Origin: Heteronotia binoei
Taxonomy: Eukaryota
Direction: 5' to 3'
Assembly: GCF_032191835.1 (NCBI RefSeq)
Contig: NC_083224.1
Coordinates: forward strand, 130,324,001 to 130,388,000
DNA length: 64,000 bases
Part shown: piece after piece, positions 1-12,565 of the stretch
Layout of the letters: each line of letters opens with the position of its first letter
Position numbering within the stretch: the first letter of the stretch is position 1
The notes under the pieces: generated by a model
Told to the model about the DNA's origin: nothing
The model's input: only the letters and a program-made list of their open reading frames with translations
The model's database searches: none
Translations under genes and position numbers: made by a program

Positions 1-2039
1 TTGTTTGCCTATATTCTAGTCTAATTTTCACTGAGGGAATTATGAGCAGTATCAATCAATTTGGTTCTGCGTATACAATCCTCAACCAGGATGGGATTGC
101 TTCGATTAGGTTTGTCAGGTAGATCTGTCTAAGAGGCAGTGACTAGTTCAAGATCACCCAGATTCCCTCATTTCAATACAATATACTATAATTATTTACA
201 CAATACTCTTTTTGAAATTCACGAAAGATATATAAAATCCTGTTCCAAAGAATGAATTTTTGCTGACATGCATTTCCCCTAAAAAGAATGGATTGATTCC
301 TTTATCCAGAAGGAATATTTCAAAACCAGTACAGATCCAACTTTTCTCAGATGACATTCAAACAGTGATACCACAGTCTTAACATATTAGCATAAATTGA
401 TTCATTCACCGCCATACTCCAATCTTTCCTTGAAAATGGATTTGTGTTGTGACATTTTCTCTCCTTGCTAGAATCTTTGTCACCAAAATGAGGTACCCAG
501 AATCACATTGTCTCATTTCCACATTGCTGTGCTGTACTTTGTTGACCTTTTTAATATTCAGTATTTTGAATAGCTGACCATTCCACTCCTCCTCTTAACA
601 TTAAAAAAGGAAAGCTTAGCTAACCTGTTGCAAAGGATTGGGCTGACCAGCTAGTTGAAATGAAACATTTTGAAAAGGTCAAAGTTGTGCAGTGGCAAAA
701 CATCATACATTCCACAAAACGTATTCGACATTCTGATGTGTCACCCCTTTGTCACCAGGACTGTATTGGCAGCAAAGTTACAACTGGACCCGGATACAAG
801 TTAATATAGAATGGTGGCAGCAGTGTTCAAACAAGTAGGTATCAGCATGGATAGTTAGCTGTGGGTATTCTTTTTACATATATAAACAGAGATGCCCAAT
901 TTATTCTAAATTGATTGAAGATATAGTCATGGGTGATTATCTGTTATTATGATGTATTCCTGAATCTCTGTGGCTGCATAATCTTTCTGTATGTCAATAA
1001 GGCTAAGAAACCAAAACAAGCAAACAAAAACAAAACCACCCGTCATAAAAAGCAGTTTCCCCCCTTTTTCTTCGGTTACCTTGGAAACACTTTAACAGAT
1101 AATTTCCATGAAAATATTGTCATTATCAGTGGACATTTGGCTTTCAGTGTCACATATATATGTATATGCAAATATAAAGTCTGGTTTAACCTACTGAGAA
1201 CATCTGATGGGTAACATTGCAGTGGAAACATAATGGAGACATCATGCTCACTTTGTATCAAATTATGATTTGAAAGCAATGCAGCTTTATCGCAGAGGAA
1301 ACTCCTGAGGTAGCAAGATGTTCCTGTGCCTTTTGTTCTTGGAAACTGCATCAAGAGATCCCAGCTATAGTGATGAGTGACCTCCCCTCACTCAATTTGG
1401 AATTGGCTTGTTATTTATGAGCTTTCTCAGAAAGTTTTTAAAAAGAGCTTGTCTGTTTTCCCAGAGTTCTTTTTGTTATATAGTTAATGTATGATTATTT
1501 AATTATCTAAAAACATTTGCATCTTTGCTCAAGGCAGTTTATAGGTAATATACAATGTGTAAACAATTAAAGCACTGCACATGTTTATTTATTTTGTTTA
1601 CTTATAGTCTGCCTTTCTCTCTGCAACTCAAGGTGGTTTACACAATGCAAATAAATGAAATCAATAAGATGTGACATCTAATAATCATTTTAATTTTCAC
1701 TAAAACAAGGAATCCTTGTGCTATATACTAACAGGAAGGACCCCTTAGATGAACTGAGCCACTTTCCAATTCAGTCTGATTTAATGCTAATATTTAAAAA
1801 AAAAACATTGAGGTTTTTTTAAGGGTAGAACCAGTTTCAAATTTTAAATTGTTTCTTGTCTTCCGTTTCTACAGATGCTGCATACTTAAAATAAACCTGT
1901 TATGATGCTGTTATTCTCAGTACAATGACATTTAATACATTTCATTTTGAAAGTTCCTGAAATCGGATTTCTATATTTTCCAAATACCTATCATCTACAT
2001 ATTGCAATGAAAATGTTCATTTTACTGGCCCAGTCATGT

Positions 2040-2310
2040 TTGTTTGTTTGTTTATTTATTTTGTTATTTCTATCCCGCCCTTCCCAACAAGTGGCTCAGG
2101 GCGGGTTACAACATAGGAGTCTAACATAAATAGGAATTAAGTGTAAAACATTTAAATTCAAACATTAAACCATTTAAAACATTAAAGCATTTAAAACATT
2201 TAAACAGTTAAAACATTTAGAGGCAGCGAACATCCAATATAACTGCGCGCAGTTTCTTATACCAGCTAGTCATAGGCCAGCCGGAAGAGGGTTGTTTTAC
2301 AGGCCCTGCG
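2040..2310 (-). mobile_element. L2 LINE 3' end fragment
   Basis: Tail motif TATCCCGCCCTTCCC...GGCTCAGGGCGG(G)TTACA and GTTTTACAGGCCCTGCGG match the 3' end of the longer L2 copies at 44550-47847 and 60951-61671. Confidence 0.7.
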
Positions 2311-3645
2311 GACTGTTGACACACAGACAACCACTTATCTGTTTTCAGAATGAGAAAAAATTGTTCTCATTAATCTAAGAATAAAGCTTAATAAAAATCA
2401 AATTTGAGAATATGCATCTCACCAAATTCTTAAACATTTGAGTCCCAGTTATGGTAATGCTGCTCCAACAATCTGCAATAAGTGCCTGCATTTTGAACAG
2501 ATGACACTAGCTTGCATCAAGTCAGGAATCAGTTTAGCAAACTCAGCGCTGACTGACTGAGGCTCTCTACAATTTCTGCCAGAGACCTTTCCAGAACTCA
2601 GACCAGAGAGGATTATGGCGACAGTGGTGGCAACGTTGATGATAATCAGCTCAACCCTACCTTTCAGCCACCAGCACATCACAGTTTATTATGCAGTAAC
2701 AGTAATGCTTATAAAAGCAAATTGCATCTTCTCTCTTGTTTTCACTCGTACAAGATCAAACTAGATGACATTCATGAAATCAGGAAACTAACATTCCCAA
2801 ATGTACCAAGGCCCAATTCCGCTAAGAGCATGTGCTTGGAACGATATAGCTTGGGAGTATTATGGGGGAGGAGATACTTCAGCCTTTCCTCCTGCATCAT
2901 TTTCCTGAACTTAGATGGCTGTGGAGGAGGGCTGTTTCCTCAGTTTTGGTGCTGTATATGTACTTATTGTTTCACAGGAGGCCCCACTGTGGGGCTTCCC
3001 ACAGTCGCTTTGACTCGGGAAAATGGTACAAGAGGGAAGACTGAAGCTTTTCATTACCTGGGCTCCCAAGATGTGAATCAGGCCCTGCTGTGCTTCAAAA
3101 TATAAGTTTTGCAGCATCATGAATGTCTGCAAGTGGATGTGTTAATATACACCAGTTTATTTTTAAGGTATTTTAAGGTAGAGCATGGTAGTAAGGTAGA
3201 ACATGGGCAAGCACAGTGGAAACCTGAACCAACTTGAATAATGTCATATGTATTATATAGTTACTCCTAAAGCTAAATTATTATTAGTTGACATCCAGAT
3301 TACAGGTAAGATTTTACTAGCCCTGTTCTCTTTTTTAAAATATAGTTTGCATTTATTATATTTTGTAATCCTACCAATTTGAATTATCTTCTATTATTCC
3401 CCTTTCATCATCTTTGCTAGATCCCAACTATGGTAACAATATGACATAGTCTCAAAGCTGGCTACAACTTTGTCCAGAAGTTAGTTTCAGGAGGACTATC
3501 ATGTTATTCTAGTGACAATGAAAAAATCAGGGGAAAGTCTCATTTTTTAAAGAATATTTAGATTGTTTGCTGATACGATGTCATAAATTACCACGTAAAT
3601 GACAATGATAGCATTTGGTTGTGTAGTTTGTACAGTGTGTATTGA

Positions 3646-3812
3646 GCCAGTGTGATATAGTGACTACAATTCTGGACTAGGATGTGAGAGATTCTGATTC
3701 TCCATTCTATCTTGGTTTGCTGGGTGATGCTGGGCCATTTACACTCTCACAGCCTAATGTACCTAACAGTATTCTTGAGAGGTTAAATTGGAAAGAAGAG
3801 GAGAGGGAGATT
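3646..3812 (+). mobile_element. Old tRNA-head CORE SINE (MIR/Squam3-like), degraded
   Basis: GAGCCAGTGTGATATAGTG head, then GGGTGATGCTGGGCC and a CORE-like segment; resembles the younger copy at 54218-54503. Confidence 0.55.
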
Positions 3813-3819
3813 GGATTTA

Positions 3820-4035
3820 TACCCCACCCTTTACTTGGAGTCTCAGAGAAACTTACAATCTCCTTCCCTTCCTCTCCCAACAACAGATACCCTGTGTGAG
3901 GTTCTTGGGGTTGAGACAGCATTTTGAGAAATGCTTTTGAGAGCTCTGAGAGAACTGTGGCTTGCCCAAGGTTACCCAGCTGGCTGCATGTGAAGAAATG
4001 GTTAATCAAACCTGGTCCTTCCAGATTAAAGAAAA
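3820..4035 (-). mobile_element. Old CORE SINE, degraded
   Basis: GATTGGATTTATACCCCACCC tail, CAACAGATACCCTGTGTGAGG CORE segment and TTGCCCAAGGTTACCCAGC; colinear with the SINE at 34202-34483. Confidence 0.6.
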
Positions 4036-4089
4036 TGTCCAAGCTGGTTCCATAAGGACATATGTAAAATGAAAATGTAGATCACTTAA

Positions 4090-4760
4090 ACCAGGGATTC
4101 TCAGCATGGTTCCTATGGATGCCAAGGTGCCCATTGACATGTAGCCTGGCACCCAACAAGTGTTTTAGAAAGTGATCCAGGGCAAGATGGAACTTTTGCC
4201 CAGCAGGGTTTCTGACTGGCCATTGGAGATCTGATTGGCCAGATTTTTTAATGTGTTGTTTTGGGGGCAGTTGCCTCCACAGCACAAGGATTTCTATTGT
4301 GTCACTGAAGGTATGCTGTGTGTATGCAATAAAATATTTTCAAACAAAGGTCTATTCTCCACACAGCTTTCTGCAGAGAATTTGAGCAGTCAAGACTTTA
4401 AGCTTGATTTTGGATTCTGTGCCTGCAGTATGCACCATTCTTTTCCTCCAATATATTTATTCTTCAGCCCAGAATAAATACACCAGGGTCTGTGCTGACT
4501 TCTTGTGCCACCTGGTTTGAACCAGGCAGTATGAGAGGACAGCAAAGCCAGGCTCACTGTGCATGTGGGAAATGATGGCTCCCAGCAGGCATAGCTCAGC
4601 ACTGTCTTCTCATGCTGCCCAGTTCAAACCAGGCGGCAGGAGAGAGCAGCTCAGCTGGGAGTTTTTTTGGGTTTTTTACAAATGGCATGAGACTAGTGAT
4701 GGTCTCATATGTTTTGCCTGGACCCCTCCTCTCTCAAAAAACTAGTCTGGTACCTTGGAC
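4090..4760. mobile_element. Probable non-autonomous DNA transposon (hAT-like start CCAGGGATTCTCA) with an internal hairpin
   Basis: Start resembles hAT MITE termini; internal inverted repeat at about 4511-4633. No TSD confirmed. Confidence 0.35.
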
Positions 4761-7700
4761 AAGGTGACGCAGGCAACCTTCTTTCTCAACATCTCACGGG
4801 TTCACTCCTCTAGACTTTTACCTGGTCTGCAAATAGGATCAAAATAGGTCGTACAATCACATGGAATGTCTGTCATCAAATACTGGCCAGAGGCTTGTCT
4901 GGGGAAAATGATCCTAAAGGTGCACCAGTTGACAGTTCTCTTCCCTCTTTTAAATCAATCAGTGCCAAAGATTAATTTCCAGAAAAGGCAGTACAACTAA
5001 CCCATTCCCCCACCTTGCCTGATTTTCCCCTACCTGGTTCATCCTATGTGAGTCTATAGTCAAAACCATTTTAATTCCATAACACCCCTTTGTAATAGTT
5101 CTTTTATCCTGTCTATTAGAGGTCTTCAAGCACAATAGAATGTTACATTGCATTCACAACCCATGGGAAAGCTATGCAACTTCCCTGGTTCAAATACATT
5201 GTTTCATTCACACCATCACAGAATTGTTAGGAGCAATCACATTATTGCTCAAAGTTATATCAACCACCCTCTGTCCAAGAGAGTGTGTGTGTGTTTGGAC
5301 ATCCATTGCCTTATACCCCCAACCACAAGGTTGGGTAAACTTGAGTGGAATGCTGGTTCGTTTTGCTCATCCTTCTACTTGGATCCATATTCTCTGGACA
5401 GGTAATATAGTCCCATAGAATAAGTTCCTTTTTGTCTCTATAAGCTACTACTGTTATTTTCTGAACTTGTATGTGTGTTTAGAGTGCTCTTCAACTGATA
5501 AGTTTTTGCTTTTATTTCTTTAACTTTTATTAATAAAAAAACAATTAATTAATTAAGGCCTGGTTCATTTAAGAGTTCTACTGAGGAAAAATCCCCATAA
5601 ACATAGGTGGAGATCCTGCTTGTTACCCACTCTCACTTGTCTGGGTCTCCTAGCTAATCCCCCCAACAAACTCAGGAGATCCTCACAACCCCTTAGGGTA
5701 ACACATATCACTAGGCTTATGCTACTTAATAAAATTTAAATGTGAGCAGGAGAGTGGCCTATGAGGAGCAGGGACAGGGTGGCGGAAATCTAAGGTAATC
5801 TCTGCACTTTTGACTTTCCTTTGGCTTGAATGTGAAACAAGGGGGGAAATGGCACAAAAACACTTTCAGAAAATCTGGGGAAACAGTGAACAGAAAGTGA
5901 CCTGAGCACTGAAGGCAGGAAATGAAATGCAGAATGAGAAAGAAAACCTGATGGACATGCACAGTGAAAGTGAGGCAAGACACCTGACCATAATAGGTCA
6001 GTATGTTCATTTTAAAAGGAATCCTGTTAAAGAGAGCTTCTGCCTAAAATGTTGAACAGTTACTGTTGGAACAAAGTAGGAGTCAAGTCACGCCTTTAAG
6101 ACCAACAAAGTTTTATTCAGAGGGTAAGCTTTCATGTGCTCTAAGCTTACACTCTGAATGGTCTTAAAGATATGACTTGACTCCTGCTTTGTTCCACTGC
6201 TTCAGACCAACATGGCTGCCCACTTGGATCTAGTAACTGTTGGAGTTATGCATAACTTCACTCCCTGTCATTTTTTAACTGCCTCTGCCTCCTGTGGTGG
6301 CCATTTTGTGGTTCCACTTTATGTCAGAATTCCAAAAATGCCTGCAGAGTCAAAAATGTTGGGGGCACTTAATCATCCCTCCTTCCTCCATTTTATCCTC
6401 ATAACTACCCTGTGAAGTATGTTGGGCTAATAGTGACTGGACAAGTCACTCAATGAAATTTCATGGCAGTGTGGAGGATCCAAATCACAATACTGGTAAA
6501 GGAATATTTTTTTTTTCCAAGGTGAAGAAAGAACATAATGGTAAATGATGCAAACTGGCAAGATTACAAAACATGATGAATTCAAAGTAGATTTTAAAAT
6601 ATAATTCCACATGAATTTATACAGCTTTTTAAGTAATTTGTTGTTCCAATCATCCTGCCCCAAAGAGAATATATGCAATTGTGGCCCCAGTGGTGAATGG
6701 GTGGACGATAGTGGGAGAATGGTAATGCAAGGACAGCAGCACACTTAGTGAGGTATAAAAAGACCACAGTTTTATTGATTACAGTTGGAGAGGTTTGACT
6801 TGACATGTGGTTGTGGATTTAACATCAGAAGCTGCCTGCCCACCAATGAGAACTTTGTCCTTCAGCCTGCCTACTGAGGTGAACACCCTGAGGATGGCAG
6901 GTCAGATGGGATGCACAAGGGCACATTCCACTACATGGTCCCCCTATAATCTTTCAACATGGTGAGTTTGATAGCCCCAGAGCTGGGCATGCTACCACAA
7001 GTCTCCACCCCTAAGGTCCCTTAAGAAGACTCCTGACCAGGGGAGTATTTATTTATTTTTATTATTTTATTGGATTTATATCCCGCCCTCCCCACAAGCG
7101 GGCTCGAACATGTCCAAGTCTCCTCAAAACTGGATTCAGACCAGTGCCACAACCATCTTAAGTTGTGATGAGAGCAAGACAGACCCAAATTCTGAAAACC
7201 AAACAGCACACAACCATAGATGTCCTGAAACCTAGGGAGAGAGGATAAACAGCTGGAGCAGAGTAAGCCTCATAAGCCACAGAAGGCCCTTTTTATGCAG
7301 GGTAGGCAGATTCAAGATTACTAAGTACATTACTTACTTGAGCACTATAGTAACAGTTTGAACATCTAGTCTCAAAAGCACAAGAATGATAATATATTAA
7401 AGAGTGGAATGTTTGGCTTTTTATTTTCCCTAAAGTCAAAGAAAAAAAAATCTTGTTATTTATCCCCTCCCCATCATAACAGAGTGTAGTGAGTAGGATG
7501 TCTTCCCTTTCATGTTTTGTCTTTATGGATTGCCATCATTACTACGGTGGAACTTCATGGGATAGAAAAAGCTAAAATTATTTTTCAGGAGAACAGATGG
7601 AATGAGAAGAGCACTTTAAATTATGTTAGGCATGGGCAACTGATGCTTCTGGAATTATTGCTGCCTAAGAAAATAAAGGCAAGAAGAATCCAAATCTTGT

Positions 7701-8173
7701 ATCTCTATTGTCATATTGTCCAAAACTTTTGATTTTAAAAAACTCACTGAACAATTTGTAGGTCTGAATTATGTGCTACAAATAGTAATTTTCACCTGAT
7801 ATTGCTTTTTAATTCTCCCCACATCCCCCCCAAAAACCCTCTGGATATTTCAAAACTGAGGTGAGAGAAGGTAGAGAAGAAAGCTGCTTTATTTATTCCT
7901 GTGTGGCCATTTTGCTACTAGCAATCCTACCTCATATACCCATATTTCCCCCCCTTTTGGGTATAAAAGCAGTTTAACCAGGCAACTGTGAAATTGGCAG
8001 AAACAAAAGTGTCAAAGAAACCTTTTTCACTGCTGTTTGCCCACTCAAACTTGTAGTCTCTCTGTTATGTTTCTGCTTTGTTTTAGCAAGTCAGATGAAA
8101 AATACACAACTGAATGTCTGAACTATGTAGGATTTGGAAGGGAATAATAATTTGGGAATAATGTAGACCTTTT

Positions 8174-8248
8174 CATCCATCCATCCATCCATCCATCCAT
8201 CCATCCATCCATCCATCCATCCATCCATCCATCCATCCATCCATCCAT
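8174..8248. repeat. (CCAT)n microsatellite
   Basis: About 18 perfect CCAT units read directly. Confidence 0.98.
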
Positions 8249-8694
8249 GGTGTCAGAATCAGAAGTGGTTCAAACTTTCAGATATTCAAAATATAATCCT
8301 CTATACATATTGATTGGCAATTGGTTTTTAAAGTGTGATCATATCAACTAGTTTATCCATAGTATCCCTGTCCTTCAATGTCCCAAGAAAAAAAAGGCGT
8401 TGTATGTTCTTTCTTCATACAGTTGACTGTAGTCTTCAAATAATTACCTTCACTGGCTATATAGGAATGAAAATGGATGGTGCACCAAGTAAATTGGCCT
8501 ATAAAAGAAAAACACCAGGAGAATGTTTGTACTAGATGACTTCCAGAAATGTACATAGGGGTTTTTTTTATGTTTCAGCAATATGTTTTTCATCTGGCAC
8601 ACAGTTATTACACCTAAAAGGCAAATACCCTAAAATAATTTATCTACTTCAAATACAAAAATGCATTTACAAAGGTTAAAAATAACTGACATAC

Positions 8695-8754
8695 CTTAGA
8701 TAGAGGAATAAACACAGCATGAACCCAAGGGATCAGTGCTGTTTTATAAAGTTC
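8695..8754 (-). CDS. Candidate 60-nt host exon, ELYKTALIPWVHAVFIPLSK (gene not identified)
   Basis: Acceptor ttttgacttcag, donor AAG/gtatgt, open in phase 0-0. No recognisable family. Confidence 0.3.
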
Positions 8755-10034
8755 CTGAAGTCAAAATACTCATTTTGATTTGTAGAGGAGATTTATAGCT
8801 GCCAATGTAAGGCAGTGAAAATGTATACCATCCATATCAATGCAGTTTTATATATTACTATAGGCAGGCACTTGCAGCAATACTGAAAAAAAAGCGTAAG
8901 AAATTTGATTTAATGCCTAATTGTGAAATGTGGCTGAACAATGTAAGGATTCTCTTTCTCTTAAAGTCACTTTTTCAGCCTGCTACTTACCTTTGTGGAG
9001 AGGAAGTAATCTTGAAATGTGTAACATAATATTCAGAAATAAAAGGCAGAATTATTGCTTCTGTTAAAGAGCTTTTATATTCTTTGTTGGAAAGAGTGTA
9101 GCATAATGGAATTACTTAGGGACCTCTGGTTAAAGCACTCTGTGTTTTAAGTGCTATTTTCCAAATATTCTTAATCTTGTGTATTTTAATTTGCACTTCT
9201 GTTGATCAAAGAATGCTGTTAAGAAATAGAGCTGGAGTTTTAAATTGCTAATTTTTCTAGATTTGGATTCCATGAAGATTTATTGTAAACTTCTGAAAGG
9301 AGTTTTATCTGTGTCTATTTTTTAGACCCATGCTGTGGATATTTATTTCTATTTTTAACCATGGGTTCATATGCCTAACTTTGATGCTATTTTTATTGTC
9401 TTTGAAGTTTCTAAATTTTGCATTCTGTTTTGGAACTGCCAAAAGAATGTTTGTTTGTTCTACTGTGATGATTCTTTAAAAAAAAATTCCTCAGGTCATA
9501 ATGACAACTGTTCCCCGTAAAGATGAACTTTGATAGAAGAAATTCAAGATTCAGGGATTACAAGTAAATCCTCCCCATTCAGAGGGTATTAATTGGCAGT
9601 GGATAATCCCTTGATAACATATTTACCAGAACCAAAGAAGGTTGATTCAATTTATACATCAGGAGACACTATACTTAATTGAAAAAGCACCAAGTACTTA
9701 AAAATTACTGTCCTGCAACAGATTTTTAAAGCAGTAAACTGAAATTCAGTGTACTAGCCTAATTCAGATTTTTTTTTTAAGAAAAGAATTCAGACAGGAA
9801 AAATGTGGACTCCTTGAACATAGACTATCCTAAAAGAACCAAAATTGTGTAAGATGTACACCTCTATTCTTTTTTTTTAATATGACACACAAACACCCCT
9901 CAGTTTTTTACAGGTATGAATAAAACTTGTTTGTCATGTCTGTACATTTCTGCCCTCCTTTCCCTTTCCCCCATCCCTTGCATGTGGGGAATGTTTGAAC
10001 GCTTCAGACAATTACAGTTTGTTATAACACCCAA

Positions 10035-10076
<42 letters not shown>
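10035..10076. repeat. (ATT)n microsatellite, probably a retroelement tail
   Basis: About 14 ATT units followed by LINE-tail-like sequence. Confidence 0.9.
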
Positions 10077-10928
10077 TGTTATTTATAGTCCACCTTTCTT
10101 CATTTGGAATCAAGATGGATTACAGAGAGTGAGTCAATGCAATATACAGGAAATCTGAAAACAAAACTGAATAAAGCATACATATAAATATGACATGTTA
10201 AATGATGCAAAATTACATAGTAGGGGTCCTCGTTTCCGCAAGCTAAACACAGGAGTATAGAGCACAGTCCCTAATAATTTATTTAATTAACTTTGGGAAT
10301 CATTTTGTACAGTGCAACCCATTGTTTGGAGAAAGCCAGGCAGGCCATTTCATAAGGTACCACAATGAAAAAAGCATGTATATGGGCAGTTGTTGATTTT
10401 GCCCATTTGCAGGTTGTCACCCTCAGAAGCCCCTGTTGACATGAGTGAAGCTGTTGTGGCACAACATAGAGGAAAATCCCACAGATAAGAGGGACCAAGG
10501 ACATGACAGGTTTTACATGTGATACCTTGCAAATTGGGCTTGGTAAGAAATAGGAAGCCAGTAGGAGTACTCCACACAATGGGAGTAAATGGATGCCTCC
10601 TCTAGCTCCATCTAGCGTACTGCAGCAACTGGAATTTCCAAGTTGATTTATGAGTTGATTTAGGGTAGAAACCAATGTACATTGTGCTATAGCTGTCTGG
10701 TCTTAATGTTACTGTGGCATGGATCCAGGTGGCCAAGGCACAAGATACAAGGCTATCTTACATGCAAGGCTGAGTTACGAGACAGCCTTTTTTGAAGCTG
10801 CATTAGCTTGCTTCTCTAGCAATAATATTGAGTACAGTATAATCCCAAATAGGGTGCCAAAATTCCCCATGAGGGAATCTCTGCAATCAATTGTGGTCAG
10901 CTGTGGTGAGGATGCTTGTTTGCAAGGA

Positions 10929-11095
10929 ACAAATCTGAAATGAGGATTCACAAAACTGAGCAACCTGTTTTACTGCAACATCATTTCAGAAACAGACTGG
11001 AATTGCCTATTAACCCTGCCCTCCTCTCCTGTTTCTGAAATGATGTTGCAGTAAAACAGGTTGCTCAGCTTTGTGAATCCTCATTTCAGATTTGT
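10929..11095. repeat. Near-perfect inverted repeat: 67-bp arms, 33-nt spacer
   Basis: 10929-10995 is the reverse complement of 11029-11095 at 66/67 positions. Confidence 0.97.
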
Positions 11096-11340
11096 GTCCA
11101 TTTATCTTTTGGTATTCGCAGGCCACAAGGGCACTGGGTTCAGCTGTTGGGCAATAGTTGGTAGAGTTGTGCAGGGTTCTGCTGCTTAGCACAAGTGCAT
11201 TCAATGCAATGTTTCTGTGCTGTGGTCCTTGCATAAAGCATCCTCCCAGGTTTGTAATTCACAGAGATTCTCAGATTTGAACTAAGGTCCTGTGTGTTGG
11301 CACTTGTTCTGATGGTCACATAGCACGGTTATGCTCCTTG

Positions 11341-11899
11341 TGTCACGTTCTCAGGGTGCAGGCAGGCAGGAGTCCAAAGCCAGTCCAAGGTCAAAGTCCA
11401 GGAAGTCAAGCAGGGGCCAAGTCACCAAAGTAAAATCACAAACCAGAATCAGAAGTCAGTGTCCAAAAGCCAAAGGGTAAGGGTACTAAGGAATTCAAGC
11501 AGGTCAGGATCTGGAATCAGGAAGGAGTGTGGATGCAAGCCAGGGAATCGACTTGCTGCTGCCACAAGGTTACCAGGTCCTGGTGGGAATTATATGGGAG
11601 CCTCAATCAGCCTGCTCCCTGGGTGGCAGCGACTCTGCTAGAACTCAGGGCTGAGAGATCTGAAGCATCAGCGTGCCTCATGTCTTCGCTCTGAAAATTC
11701 TTTCCAGAGCCTGCTTCAAATTCTTGAGATGGGAGGGGGAGACCTTGGAGGAGATTGATTGTCAACAGCCAGCACTGGTGCCTGGAATGTGGGGAAAGTG
11801 ATTGATGGGCCAGCTGCTGGTTGTTCAGCTTAGGAGCTGGCTGACAACTCTTCAAGGTCTGTTAACCCTTCCAGCTCCCACTCATCAGGGCTCATGACA
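11341..11899 (-). mobile_element. Ty3/Gypsy-type solo LTR (559 bp)
   Basis: TGTCA...TGACA termini; 5-bp TSD CCTTG at 11336-11340 and 11900-11904; TATA-like CATATAA on the minus strand; U5 end similar to the LTR at 40701-41283. Confidence 0.9.
11638..11895 (-). pseudogene. Decayed LTR U3 ORF, 86 codons, ending RSLSPEF-stop
   Basis: ATG at LTR position 5; one continuous frame with three internal stops (one TAA, two TGA compatible with CpG decay of CGA); homologous to the open frame at 40705-40923. Confidence 0.6.
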
Positions 11900-12565
11900 C
11901 CTTGCAAACAAGCATCCTCACCACAGTTGACTTTCACTGCAGAGATTATCTAGAAGAATCTGACTGCTGCCTGTGTTTGTAAGTTTTTCCCATCATAGGA
12001 GACAATGGGGAAGTGGGGGCAACCACTTTGGGGTCCCATAGAATTGGAACCTCTGGTCCTATATATTTTTTTGGAACTTGGTGGTTCCTTGGGGGACATG
12101 TTCCTGCAGCCTTGGTGCCTCTTCCTCAAACCACTTCTTCACCAGTGTCAATTTTCCCACAATGGGAAATGACACCTTTCCCTCCTGTCATAGGAAATCA
12201 TGGGGAATAGAAGAGGGTGCCCCTAGAACTGGATCCCACATCCAATCTTTTTTAAACTTGGGGGTTCTATGGTGGAGAGGCCCCTGCAGCTGCCCTGCAA
12301 CTTTGGGGCCTCTCCCTCAAACCCCTTCCTCCCCAGAGTCCATACATTATTCCAGGTGTGGCCAAACTGTGGCTCTTTCACACATATTGTGTGGCTCTTC
12401 TGAAGCCCCCATTGCCCTCTTGGCCAGCTTGGAGAAAGCATTTGTCTCTTTAAATCACTTGTCCAAGCCAAGTCAGCTGGCAGCTTGGGAAATGCGTTTA
12501 AAGTTAAAGTTGTTTTCTTTCTACCTCTCCCTCCTCATCTATTTGCTTCAGCGTGCTGGGGTGGG

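Noticed and set aside
30-900. Possible ancient L1 ORF2 remnant (SPLC..C-like segment near 740-780)
   Set aside because: Motifs are too degenerate to support by eye.
2449-3132. Overlapping 70-130-aa ORFs and a candidate 69-nt exon (TFMMLQNLYFEAQQGLIHILGAQ)
   Set aside because: No recognisable domain; splice signals alone are not sufficient.
4800-5687. LTR-like segment ending AATAAA...CCTCACA
   Set aside because: U5-like end present, but no matching TG start or TSD found.
6638-7355. Possible solo LTR (minus-strand AATAAA, TG...CA ends) with an L2 tail inside
   Set aside because: No convincing target-site duplication.
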